Shown in pieces: positions 10,854 through 20,260 of a DNA stretch of 64,000 nucleotides. The stretch comes from Deinococcales bacterium. GTDB lineage: Bacteria > Deinococcota > Deinococci > Deinococcales > JAAFIG01. How positions within the stretch are numbered: position 1 is the first letter of the stretch; each line of letters starts with the position of its first letter. A program made the translations under genes and the position numbers. Under the pieces are notes generated by a model. The model was not told the DNA's origin, did not search any database, and saw only the letters and a list, made by a program, of their open reading frames with translations. Where the stretch lies: positions 64,001 to 128,000 of the forward strand of contig JANNVX010000041.1 of NCBI GenBank assembly GCA_031414595.1, given 5' to 3'.

Positions 10854-11006
10854 CTGGTTTTGTATGAACAATTTTCGGAAATAATCTGATTTTTGCTGCT
10901 GTTGTACCTTAAAACATTTACACTTGCAAGTTTTTTACTTGACAGTTTACAAATCAAAACGTTATATTTTGTTAAATTTTTATTATTCTTTAACCCAAAG
11001 GAATTC

Positions 11007-11786
11007 ATGACCGCAATTATCAATCCCACAAAAACACTGGTGCGGGTGCATGGCGTAGATAAACAATATGCCAATGGCACAATTGCGATAGAAGGCGTGA
11101 GTCTCGAGGTCAAAGAGAACGAGTTTGTCAGTCTGGTCGGACCTTCGGGCTGCGGCAAAAGTACACTGCTGCGAATTATTGCCGGTCTGGGCGATGCCAC
11201 GGCTGGTGAAGTCAGCGTTGATGGTCGGCAACCGGGCGACCTACAAGCTCGAGGGCAATCGAGTTTTGTTTTCCAAGAAGCCACGCTTTTACCGTGGCGC
11301 ACAGTACGCCAGAATGTCGAACTGCCACTCGAGTTAATGCGGATGCCAAAAGCCAGTTGGAATTCTGTGGTTTCTGATGCCCTCGAGATGGTGGGTCTGA
11401 GCGGTTTTATCAATGCCTTCCCAAGGGAACTGAGTGGTGGCATGAAAATGCGGGTTTCAATTGCCAGGGCTTTGGTCACCAAACCGCGTTTGCTCTTAAT
11501 GGACGAACCTTTTGGGGCGCTTGATGAAATCACCCGTCAGAAACTCAACGACGACCTGATGAAGGTCCGCGAATTGACCAAAGCCACGATTATTTTTGTG
11601 ACCCACAATGTTTTTGAAGCGGTCTTCTTATCCAGCCGAATTGTTGTGATGAGTGTTCGTCCGGGCAGAATTTTGGATGAATTTAAGCTCGACACGCCTT
11701 ACCCAAGAATGTCCGAGCATCGTGGTACAGCAGAATTTGCCCAAGGCGTAAACTCGGTCATGAAGCTCTTAGCCCACACCCATTAA
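11007..11786 (+). CDS. ABC transporter ATP-binding protein (TauB/SsuB-like)
   Basis: GPSGCGKS, LSGGM and LLMDEPFGALD motifs. Confidence 0.92.
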   Translation: MTAIINPTKTLVRVHGVDKQYANGTIAIEGVSLEVKENEFVSLVGPSGCGKSTLLRIIAGLGDATAGEVSVDGRQPGDLQARGQSSFVFQEATLLPWRTVRQNVELPLELMRMPKASWNSVVSDALEMVGLSGFINAFPRELSGGMKMRVSIARALVTKPRLLLMDEPFGALDEITRQKLNDDLMKVRELTKATIIFVTHNVFEAVFLSSRIVVMSVRPGRILDEFKLDTPYPRMSEHRGTAEFAQGVNSVMKLLAHTH

Positions 11787-11806
11787 TTCCCCTTGAGGTG
11801 AATCCC

Positions 11807-12640
11807 ATGACCGAAGCCAAACCGATTGCTCGAGTTCAAAAAACCAAAACGCAAATTCCAGCTTGGCTCGAGCGGATATTCCCGCCAATGGTTACTTTTG
11901 TAATTTTTATTACCATTTGGCAAAGTATTATTACGATTGCCAACCTTAAGCCTTATATTCTGCCCAGTCCACTTCGTGTGGTTGGTGCTTTTATCGAACA
12001 CCGCGAGAGCTTACTGACTTCGGCTTGGTTTACTTTTCAGGCTTCGTTTGTGGCATTTTTAGTGGTGATGGTGCTTGGTACTGCCCTGTCTTTTTTACTC
12101 TCGAGCAGCAAATTTATCGAAAAAGCCTTATACCCCTATGCGGTCATGCTACAAAGCACCCCAGTCATTGCCATCGCCCCAATCATTATTATTTGGTTTG
12201 ATATTGGTTTTGCCAGTATTGTTACCATCAGTGTGATTATTGCTATTTTTGCAGTGGTGGCAAATACCACCCAAGGTTTAATCAGTGTCGAAAATAATTT
12301 GCAGAATCTCTTTAAGCTCTACGGCGCTTCTAAGCCACAAACCCTGTTCAAGTTGCGCCTGCCATTTGCGCTGCCCTACATGGTCACGGGCTGGCGAATT
12401 GCAGCCGCCCAAGTCGTGATTGGCACAATCGTTGGTGAGTATATGGCAGGGGCTGGCGGCGGCATGGGCGGGCTGGGGATTATCATTGCCGAAACCAGCG
12501 CTCGACTGCAAACCGGTTACTTATTTGCTTCGGCACTGAGTGCTGCCTTACTTGGTATTGCTTTTTTTTTAATGGTCAATTTCTTTGGGCATCTGCTCTT
12601 AAAAAACTGGCATGAATCGGCAGTGCAGCACGAAAACTAG
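11807..12640 (+). CDS. ABC transporter permease (TauC/SsuC-like)
   Basis: YILPSP motif, TM helices, EAA-like loop. Confidence 0.9.
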   Translation: MTEAKPIARVQKTKTQIPAWLERIFPPMVTFVIFITIWQSIITIANLKPYILPSPLRVVGAFIEHRESLLTSAWFTFQASFVAFLVVMVLGTALSFLLSSSKFIEKALYPYAVMLQSTPVIAIAPIIIIWFDIGFASIVTISVIIAIFAVVANTTQGLISVENNLQNLFKLYGASKPQTLFKLRLPFALPYMVTGWRIAAAQVVIGTIVGEYMAGAGGGMGGLGIIIAETSARLQTGYLFASALSAALLGIAFFLMVNFFGHLLLKNWHESAVQHEN

Positions 12641-12716
12641 GGTGAAAAGGTAAAAAGTAGAAAAGGTAAAAATAACCCTTTAACTTTTAACCCTTTAACC
12701 CTTTCCCCTTTTAACC
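12641..12716. repeat. Opposed short tandem repeats (AAAAGGT-like, then CCCTTTAA-like)
   Basis: ggtgaaaaggtaaaaagtagaaaagg...ccctttaacttttaaccctttaaccc; a similar unit occurs at 54331-54362. Confidence 0.55.
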
Positions 12717-12748
12717 TGACGTTTTGCCCCCTTGGGCTGGAGGAAATA

Positions 12749-13720
12749 ATGAAGAAATTAGGTTTGGTTCTGCTTGGCGCTGGTTTAACGGTTGGTGTGG
12801 CTTCTTTGGTTTCGGCACAAAAAATGCCAGAAGTCAGCATCATTCTTAATTGGTTCGCTGAACCGCCGCATGGTGGCTACTATGCAGCCGTTCAAGACGG
12901 CTTGTACGAAGCCAAAGGCGTAAAAGTCAAACTGATTCCTGGCGGTCCTAATGTGGCTGGCTATCAGTTGGTGGCAACCGGTAAAGCGGCTTTTGCCCAA
13001 ATGGACACGGGTGGTATTTTGCAGTCTCGAGAAGAGGGGCTACCAGTGGTTGGTGTCTTTGCCGATTTACAACTCTCGCCACAAGTTTTAATGTACCACA
13101 AGGACAACCCAGTTAAAGGCTTTGCTGATTTGGCTGGTCGCCAAGTTGCTGTTACCCCGGGCGCTCCGTACTGGGATTACATTGTTGCTAAATATAAATT
13201 GCAGGGTAAAGTCCAACAAGTCAATTACTCTGGGCAAGTTGCGACTTTCTTAAACAACAAAAAACTGGTCTCTCAAGGCTACGCAGTTGCCGAGCCGTAT
13301 ACCATCAAAGAGGCTGGTGGTGATATTGATTACTTACTGGTTTCTGATTCTGGCTTTAGCCCATATGGGGTTTTAGGCACAACCGAAGAGTACATCCAAA
13401 AAAATCGTAAAGTCGTAGAAGCAGTGGTGTCTGCCAGCCAAGAAGGATGGAATCGGTACATTGCCAACCCAGCCAAGTACGGCGCAGCCTTAACCGCCGA
13501 TAACCGCGACTTAAACCCCGCTTTCCTCGAGTGGAGCGGCAAAGCCGTGATTCCATTTGCCACAGGCAAAGATGGGCAAGTCAAGAAATTCGGTTTTGGT
13601 ACAATGCAGCTTAGCCGTTGGACCGAAGTCTACAAAGCCCTGAAAGCCGTTGGCATCCTGAAAAAAGACCAAGATGTCAAAAAAGCCTTCAGCACCGTGT
13701 TTCTTCAAAAGCCAAAATAA
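12749..13720 (+). CDS. NMT1/THI5-like ABC substrate-binding protein
   Basis: Signal peptide; LNWFAEPPHGGYYAA and PGGP motifs. Confidence 0.85.
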   Translation: MKKLGLVLLGAGLTVGVASLVSAQKMPEVSIILNWFAEPPHGGYYAAVQDGLYEAKGVKVKLIPGGPNVAGYQLVATGKAAFAQMDTGGILQSREEGLPVVGVFADLQLSPQVLMYHKDNPVKGFADLAGRQVAVTPGAPYWDYIVAKYKLQGKVQQVNYSGQVATFLNNKKLVSQGYAVAEPYTIKEAGGDIDYLLVSDSGFSPYGVLGTTEEYIQKNRKVVEAVVSASQEGWNRYIANPAKYGAALTADNRDLNPAFLEWSGKAVIPFATGKDGQVKKFGFGTMQLSRWTEVYKALKAVGILKKDQDVKKAFSTVFLQKPK

Positions 13721-13795
13721 GAACGCTTGACCTCGAAAAAACAGGGGCGAAAACCATTTCGTCCTTGTTATACTTAAAACTAGCGAGGACACAAC

Positions 13796-14260
13796 ATGGA
13801 TTTGAATTTAATCACCTTAAAGCAGGGCATTATTTTAACTTGGGCAACATGGTTATCGTTGGTGTTGTTGCTGAATTTTTTAGATGTGGCTAAGAATCTT
13901 AAAATCTTGCCCGAAACATGGAAATTTAGCAGTGGCAATTATCCGTTTATGCAGGCTGTTACCAAGGTTTTTAACACCCCCAATTGGTTGACTTGGATGA
14001 TGTATATTTCGGCGATTATCTGGGAAATCGTGGCGGTTTATTTGCTCTGGGCGGCGCTTGGCAGCTTTGACCCGAATAATTTACGGCTGGTCAATCTGGC
14101 ATTTATGGTCAATCTGGCGCTCTGGGCAGCTTTTATGGTCATGGATGAACTTTTTCTGGCTTGGTTGATACCCGGATTTAATATCATGGAAACGCACCGC
14201 AGTTTATTCACCGCTAATTTGGTTAGTTTAATGGCAATTCATCTGTTGCCAAATACCTAA
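13796..14260 (+). CDS. Hypothetical membrane protein
   Basis: GAGGA RBS; several hydrophobic helices. Confidence 0.65.
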   Translation: MDLNLITLKQGIILTWATWLSLVLLLNFLDVAKNLKILPETWKFSSGNYPFMQAVTKVFNTPNWLTWMMYISAIIWEIVAVYLLWAALGSFDPNNLRLVNLAFMVNLALWAAFMVMDELFLAWLIPGFNIMETHRSLFTANLVSLMAIHLLPNT

Positions 14261-14338
14261 ACTCGAGATTGTGAAATTCGGCTGGCTTTGCAAAAACCAT
14301 AACAGGTAATTGGGAAATCAAAAAATATCGTCATATAT

Positions 14339-14362
14339 GGGTGAGGCATACCTCGCCCCTAC
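14339..14362 (-). repeat. GTAG-type REP
   Basis: Minus strand reads GTAGGGGCGAGGTATGCCTCACCC, nearly identical to 45046-45070. Confidence 0.75.
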
Positions 14363-14383
14363 GGTTAAAAAAGGGGATGTTGA

Positions 14384-15157
14384 ATGGACTCGAGGTACTT
14401 ACCCAATTTAAGTTGGACAACCATTCGTGACTTGGATAAATCCGAAGGGGTGGTGGTGCTACCGATTGGGGCTATCGAGCAGCACGGGGCGCATTTACCG
14501 ACAGCGACCGATGCGCTGCTTGCCGAACGCATGACGATACTGGCACTGGGGAAATTACCAATGGATGCCAAAGTTTGGCGGCTTCCCGTGCAGAGTTATG
14601 GCAAATCCAACGAACATCTGGGCTTTGCTGGCACAATTTCGTTGCGGGCAGAAACCCTGATGATGGTACTGCACGATATTGCCTCGAGCGTGGCAGCATC
14701 TGGTTTTAAGCGTTTGTGTTTTGTCAATGCCCATGGTGGCAACAGTGCGCTTTTAGCGATGATGGCGCGAGAAATCCGTGTGGCAACAGGGCTGATGGTG
14801 TTTAATACCTTCACCAATGCGGGTGCGCCCGACCCGATAGAAATTCCTGCCATAGAAGCCAAATACGGGATTCATGCCAACGACTGGGAAACCAGTTTGC
14901 TGCTGCATCTCGAGCCAGATTTGGTGGACATGACCAAAGCCGTACAGCACTACCCTGATATTCCCGATGGTTCAGTTGGCTTAACAGGTGGTGCAGCAAC
15001 TGCTTCGTGGCTAACCCGCGATTGGAGTGCTGGTGGTGTGTTTGGCGACCCAACCTTGGCAACTCCTGAACGCGGCGCAGCACGGTGCGAGGCAGCCACC
15101 ACTGCTCTTGCTAAGGTTCTGCTCGAGATGAGTTTATTTGGAGTGCCTCATGGATGA
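14384..15157 (+). CDS. Creatininase family amidohydrolase
   Basis: GAIEQHGAHLP..TD, SNEH, NAHGGN and HANDWETS motifs. Confidence 0.92.
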   Translation: MDSRYLPNLSWTTIRDLDKSEGVVVLPIGAIEQHGAHLPTATDALLAERMTILALGKLPMDAKVWRLPVQSYGKSNEHLGFAGTISLRAETLMMVLHDIASSVAASGFKRLCFVNAHGGNSALLAMMAREIRVATGLMVFNTFTNAGAPDPIEIPAIEAKYGIHANDWETSLLLHLEPDLVDMTKAVQHYPDIPDGSVGLTGGAATASWLTRDWSAGGVFGDPTLATPERGAARCEAATTALAKVLLEMSLFGVPHG

Positions 15158-16157
15158 AATTATCTTTGGCGGGTTCACCGAAAGCCATTGTCACCTCGAT
15201 AAAACCTTAAGCATCAAAGCTGTGGGCAATCCGTCTGGTACGCTGATGGAAGCCATTTACAAGTGGGTGGCGTATAAACCAAGCATCACCAAAGCCGATT
15301 ATTTGCACCGTGGCAGCCTCGCACTCAAAATGGCACTATCGGCTGGCACAACCCGCCTTAGAACCCATGTGGACGTGGATGCAAGCGGCTTTCTGGCTTT
15401 AGAGGCGATGCTCGAGTTACGTGAGCAGTACAAAGATAAAATCCTAATTCAAATTGTGGCACTTGGTAATCCATCCCAAGAACTGCACCTGATGCGCCAA
15501 GCCATGCAATTGGGCGCAGACGCGGTGGGTGGCTGCCCGGCAATTCGCCCTGATGGTGCGCTTGAAGTTAAAAATGCCCTTGAGTTGGCAGCAGAATTTA
15601 ATAAGCCCGTGGATTTACACATGGACGAAAACGACAACAGCAATTTTCTCGAGGTACTAGCCGATTTGGTAATCAAAACAGGATTTAACCTGCCTGTGGT
15701 GGCTGGACATTGTTGTAGCCTTGATTTTTTGCCCGAATCCGACGCGGCACGGGTGATTGAAAAAGTAGCTGCCGCAAAAATCAGTATTGTGTCGTTACCT
15801 GCTTGTAATCTCAATTTGCAAGGACGCGGTATTCACCCAATGCCACGCGGTATCACACGGGTAGCACAACTACTCGAGGCTGGGGTGAATGTTTGTTTTG
15901 CTTCGGATAACGTTCAAGACCCGTTTCATCCGGTTGGAAATTACGATTTGCTCTACGCCGCACATTTGGGGGCAACTGCTACCCACTTAACCCATGAAGC
16001 TGGACTCGAGGCGGCATTTAAGATGATTACCAGTAACGCCGAGGCTGCCCTTGGTCTCGAGCCATTAAGCACAAAAAAGGTCGTACTCGAGGCAGAATCA
16101 GCCGTAGATGCAGTACGAAGTATTGCCAGACGGCGCATTCTCGAGGGGCTGGTATGA
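15150..16157 (+). CDS. Amidohydrolase, cytosine/pterin deaminase-like
   Basis: HCHLDK, RTHVD, DLHMDE, GHC and ASDNVQDPF motifs. Confidence 0.85.
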   Translation: MDEIIFGGFTESHCHLDKTLSIKAVGNPSGTLMEAIYKWVAYKPSITKADYLHRGSLALKMALSAGTTRLRTHVDVDASGFLALEAMLELREQYKDKILIQIVALGNPSQELHLMRQAMQLGADAVGGCPAIRPDGALEVKNALELAAEFNKPVDLHMDENDNSNFLEVLADLVIKTGFNLPVVAGHCCSLDFLPESDAARVIEKVAAAKISIVSLPACNLNLQGRGIHPMPRGITRVAQLLEAGVNVCFASDNVQDPFHPVGNYDLLYAAHLGATATHLTHEAGLEAAFKMITSNAEAALGLEPLSTKKVVLEAESAVDAVRSIARRRILEGLV

Positions 16158-16160
16158 AAG

Positions 16161-16202
16161 CCCCTCATCTGCCTTCGGCAGCTTCTCCCTTGGGAGAAGC
16201 CT
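16161..16202. repeat. Short palindromic intergenic element
   Basis: cccctcatctgccttcggcagcttctcccttgggagaagcc, with two adjacent hairpins (CTGCC-ttc-GGCAG and GCTTCTCCC-tt-GGGAGAAGC). Confidence 0.5.
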
Positions 16203-16281
16203 TCGGGTTTTTCTGTGTTTTTACAATCTCCAACGCTAAAGCACCCCTCTTTTCGAGGGGGAGTAAGTGGGGGCTAATTTA

Positions 16282-17517
16282 ATGGACATCCTGCTTAAAA
16301 ATGCCTTTCTCTCGAGCGGTCAAACTTTGGATATTGCCATTCAGGATGGTGTTATCGCGCACCTCGAGCCAAACCTAAACATGACGGCAAAACTCGAGCT
16401 AGATGCTGCACAATGCCTGACCATGCCAACTTTTGTCAATGGTCATCTTCATGCTTGTAAGTCGGATTGGCGCAAACTGTTGCCTGATACTTTTAATTAC
16501 TCAAGTATGCAAAATCGCTTTACGGCAATTACCGAGGTCAAACGCAAGTACACAAAAGCCGAAGTTCTGGCTCGAGCTGAAGCCACCGTGCGTTTAGCCA
16601 TTCGCCATGGTACGGGCGCATTACGCTTATTTGCCGATGTTGATGCTGATGCGGGGCTGCGGGCATTTGAGGCGCTGCTGGAGCTTAAAAAACGCTATGC
16701 GGCTTGGCTCGAGATTCAAGTGGCGGCGTTTCCACAAAATGGGGTTTTTAGTGCTAAGGAAAGTACCACCCAGCTTTTGACCCAAGCCCTCGAGATGGGA
16801 GCGGATGTGATTGGCGGGATTCCGTGGCTCGAGCCTACAGAATCCTCGCAAATGGCGCATATTGATTTGGTGCTTGGTTTGGCGCAGCACTATAAAATTC
16901 CAGCCCATTTTGTGCTGGACGATACCGACGACCCCACTTCGCGCACCGCCGAGATGGTGGCTGCCAAAACGATTGAACTTGGAATGCTAGGACAAGTTTG
17001 CGGCACACAAAGTAATGCCTTAGCATTTTATGACCCAGCCCATGCGGATAGGGTGATTCGGCTTTTCAAACAAGCAGGGATGACGATTTTTTCCAACGCC
17101 CATGTTGCTTTGGTCACAACCGCTCAGCGCAGCCAACCCGCCGCTCGAGGTCACGCCCCAATCCTTGAGTTATTAAAAGCTGGTGTGCCAGTTGCCACCG
17201 CCCAAGACGACATCGGCAATCCGTATTATCCCTTTGGACGTAACGACCTGCTCGAGGTGGCGCATTTTATGGCACACCTCGCACCGCTGGCTTGGGGGGA
17301 TGAAGTCCATCAAGTTCTTGAAATGGTCACGACCACCCCAGCCAAAGCCATTGGACTCGAGCAGTACGGCTTAGCGGTAGGCTGTAAAGCCAATTTACTT
17401 GTGTTGGATGCGCCAAATTGGTTTGAAGCCCTCAAAAATCAATCCGAGAAGAAATGGGTTATTTTGAATGGTAAAATTGCCTGCCAAGCCGAGCGTCAAA
17501 TCACCACCCATTTCTAA
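16282..17517 (+). CDS. Amidohydrolase, cytosine deaminase-like, with altered active-site motifs
   Basis: HLH, QVAAFPQ, GGIPW and AQDD..NPYYPFG present; the canonical HxxE is replaced by VLDD. Confidence 0.8.
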   Translation: MDILLKNAFLSSGQTLDIAIQDGVIAHLEPNLNMTAKLELDAAQCLTMPTFVNGHLHACKSDWRKLLPDTFNYSSMQNRFTAITEVKRKYTKAEVLARAEATVRLAIRHGTGALRLFADVDADAGLRAFEALLELKKRYAAWLEIQVAAFPQNGVFSAKESTTQLLTQALEMGADVIGGIPWLEPTESSQMAHIDLVLGLAQHYKIPAHFVLDDTDDPTSRTAEMVAAKTIELGMLGQVCGTQSNALAFYDPAHADRVIRLFKQAGMTIFSNAHVALVTTAQRSQPAARGHAPILELLKAGVPVATAQDDIGNPYYPFGRNDLLEVAHFMAHLAPLAWGDEVHQVLEMVTTTPAKAIGLEQYGLAVGCKANLLVLDAPNWFEALKNQSEKKWVILNGKIACQAERQITTHF

Positions 17518-17541
17518 CCGATGTCCCTTTGAGGTCAATCT

Positions 17542-18939
17542 ATGAACCCCGAAATTATTTCTGCCTTAAAAACCATTGTTAGCGAAAAACAAGTCTTCAC
17601 CGATGCTCGGTCGCTCGAGATTTTTAGCCTTGACCATTATTGGTATTCGCCTGTGTTGCTCGAGTTACTTGCCAGTAAACGAGCCGACGTGGTGGTTGCC
17701 CCAGCCAACAAATACGAATTGCTCGAGGTGGTGCGCTTAGCAGTTAAACACAGCATCCCACTGACCATTCGCGGCGCGGGTACAGGCAATTACGGGCAGT
17801 GTGTGCCGCTTTCGGGTGGGATTGTGGCGAATATGCACCGCTTAAACAACATCATCTCCATAGACCAAGAAACTGGTGTGGCTCGAGTCGAAGCAGGGGT
17901 ACGAATGGGGGCGCTGGAACGCAAAGGGCGCGAATTGGGTTGGGAGCTCAAAATCTACCCGAGTACCTGGGCAACTTGTACCATTGGTGGTTTTGTTGGT
18001 GGTGGTTTTGGCGGGGTCGGCAGCATTAACCACGGTACACTCTGGGATAACAATGTGCTGGCAGCCGAAGTCCTGACCCTGACCGATGAACCCGAAATCC
18101 TTGAGTTAAAAGGCTGGGACTGCGCCAGTGTGATTCATGCCTACGGCACAACTGCAATTATACTTGAACTGAGTATTCCGCTTGCCAAAGCCCAGAATTG
18201 GACTGAAGCGGTGCTGAGTTTCCCCAGTCTCGAGGCAGCCATTTCTTTTGGTCATGCTTTGGCGCTTGATACCAGTATTCCCAAGCGAGAACTTGCGATT
18301 AACCAAGCGGGTATTCCAGAGTTTTTTACGCCACTGGTCGCTGATGGCGGGGTGCAGATTGGTCGGGCAAATGCGTTGCTAGAAGTCGAAGCCACCTTTC
18401 TCAAAACGGCAGTTGATTTAGCCGCCAAGTTTGATGGCACACTCGATTGGCATAATCCGCCCGAAAAGTACCATAAGTCCTCGTTTGCGATTTCGGATTT
18501 TACTTGGAATCACACCACACTATGGGCAATGAAAGCCGACCCAGGTATCACTTATTTGCAAGGGCGTTTTATGGCGAATCGGGTTCTCGAGCAATGCAAA
18601 TTGTTAAGTGCAAAATTTCCAGCTGAAATCCTGATGCACCTCGAGTTTATCCACGAAAACTTAAGTTCTGGTGGAACGTTGGTGGCGGCTTCGTTACCAC
18701 TGATTCGCTACTCGAGCAAGGAGCGGCTTTACGAAATTATTGATTACTGCGAAGAAATCGGGATTCAAATTGCCAATCCGCACGTTTATTACCTCGACCA
18801 AGACCCGCGTTGGAGCGGCGAGGCGGTGCTTGAAGGAGTCAAGAAATTCAACCCAAAGTGGTTGCTTAATCCTGGTAAAATCAGGCAACTCGAGACTGGC
18901 GAAAAAGGCGTGACGGCTGGGTCATGGTTTAGATCATGA
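17542..18939 (+). CDS. FAD-binding oxidoreductase (GlcD/VAO-like fold)
   Basis: RGAGTGNYGQ, TIGGFVGGG and C-terminal LLNPGK. Confidence 0.88.
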   Translation: MNPEIISALKTIVSEKQVFTDARSLEIFSLDHYWYSPVLLELLASKRADVVVAPANKYELLEVVRLAVKHSIPLTIRGAGTGNYGQCVPLSGGIVANMHRLNNIISIDQETGVARVEAGVRMGALERKGRELGWELKIYPSTWATCTIGGFVGGGFGGVGSINHGTLWDNNVLAAEVLTLTDEPEILELKGWDCASVIHAYGTTAIILELSIPLAKAQNWTEAVLSFPSLEAAISFGHALALDTSIPKRELAINQAGIPEFFTPLVADGGVQIGRANALLEVEATFLKTAVDLAAKFDGTLDWHNPPEKYHKSSFAISDFTWNHTTLWAMKADPGITYLQGRFMANRVLEQCKLLSAKFPAEILMHLEFIHENLSSGGTLVAASLPLIRYSSKERLYEIIDYCEEIGIQIANPHVYYLDQDPRWSGEAVLEGVKKFNPKWLLNPGKIRQLETGEKGVTAGSWFRS

Positions 18940-19943
18940 CCAACGCTTGCCCAAAAGACATGCTTTACGGACCGTGTGCTGGAATGCGCTCAGATACCGA
19001 GTGCGAGATTCCGGGGGTTTCGTGTCCGTTTATCGCTCGAGCAACCGTCCCCGAATGGTCTGGGGCTGTACCAAGCCAAGCTGTCACGGCAGCTGGTGGT
19101 TTGGCAATCCTTGAAATCATGACCCGCCGCCCAATAATTATTACCGACATCCCGACCATTCCCTTAAATGCCGACAAAATCCTTGAGATTGCCGACCAGA
19201 TTCGCGGTAGTGCCGATGCCTATTTAATCGGTGACCACGGTGGCGCTCGGGTTCAATTTCCACCCGCTTACCGCGCTTGGCTGATGAAAAATGCGGGTCT
19301 CGAGTCTTGGGTTGGTTTTAATTGCCGTGACCGTAACCGCGTAGCCCTCGAGTCCGAAGCTGTTGCCTTGGCGCATCTTGGTGTGGCTGGCGTAAATTGC
19401 GTGACGGGCGACCATACCCTATCTGGACACCGCGCCGATGCCAAAGCCGTTTTTGATTTAGACAGCACCCGCTTGGCTGCCTTGGCTCGAGCCGCAGGGT
19501 TACTGGTTTCGGTCGGCGAAAAGCCAAATGCCATTCCAACCCAGCTTCGTGCCGAACGATTAGCCCAAAAAGTCAAAGCTGGAGCGCATATCTGTATGGT
19601 CAATATGCCACACAGTACCGAACTGGTGGCAGACTTTAGAGCGCAAACTTTATCAGCAGGCGCAGACGTGCCATTTGTGGTCGGTATTCCCGTGATTACT
19701 TCGCTCGAGTCACTGCACGGGGCAGTCGGTTTTTACAATCTGCAATTGCCAATTGGCTTAGCAACTCGGCTCGAGAATGCCAAGAACATTCGGCTCGAGG
19801 GGATTAAATTTGCCATCGAATACGGTCAGGCGATGCTTACTTTAGCTGGGGTACGAGGCTTAAATTTATCAGGGCTGGCAGCCACTCATCAAGAACTCGA
19901 GATGGCAAAAGACTTTGCCCTGATTGGACGAGAATTTCTTTGA
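18936..19943 (+). CDS. Methylenetetrahydrofolate reductase-like protein with N-terminal Cys-rich (MetV-like) domain
   Basis: CPKDMLYGPCAG..CE..CPF N-terminus; NCRDRNR, VTGDH and VFDLDS motifs. Confidence 0.8.
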   Translation: MTNACPKDMLYGPCAGMRSDTECEIPGVSCPFIARATVPEWSGAVPSQAVTAAGGLAILEIMTRRPIIITDIPTIPLNADKILEIADQIRGSADAYLIGDHGGARVQFPPAYRAWLMKNAGLESWVGFNCRDRNRVALESEAVALAHLGVAGVNCVTGDHTLSGHRADAKAVFDLDSTRLAALARAAGLLVSVGEKPNAIPTQLRAERLAQKVKAGAHICMVNMPHSTELVADFRAQTLSAGADVPFVVGIPVITSLESLHGAVGFYNLQLPIGLATRLENAKNIRLEGIKFAIEYGQAMLTLAGVRGLNLSGLAATHQELEMAKDFALIGREFL

Positions 19944-19989
19944 AAACCTTTGGAACTGCTTTTTTCAAAGCTCATCGCCAAACGCCCCA

Positions 19990-20103
19990 CTAAGTTTGCA
20001 TTCGGCGCGTCAGCCACAAGAAAAAATTCTGCCAAGTAGGTCGGGACAATCCCGACGGGTGATTCCCCAAGACGAATCAGGGTTCTTGCCCCTAAATCTG
20101 AGC
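19990..20103 (-). pseudogene. Degenerate 3' fragment of a btuC/fecD-type permease
   Basis: Reads [19 protein letters not shown].../FFLWL, matching the btuC C-terminus at 24929-25042 with two 1-nt deletions. Confidence 0.75.
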
Positions 20104-20260
20104 GCCACCTGTAAAAAAATAGACTCATTGGAATAATTTTAAATAAAGTCCTCGGTCTACTCGTGCCTTGGTGAACTTCTCGAGAAAAGGCTAAAGTTTA
20201 CCCAGACCTAATGTGTGCAAAACGCGATATCCAAAAGCGAATTGAGTTACACTGTCAAGA

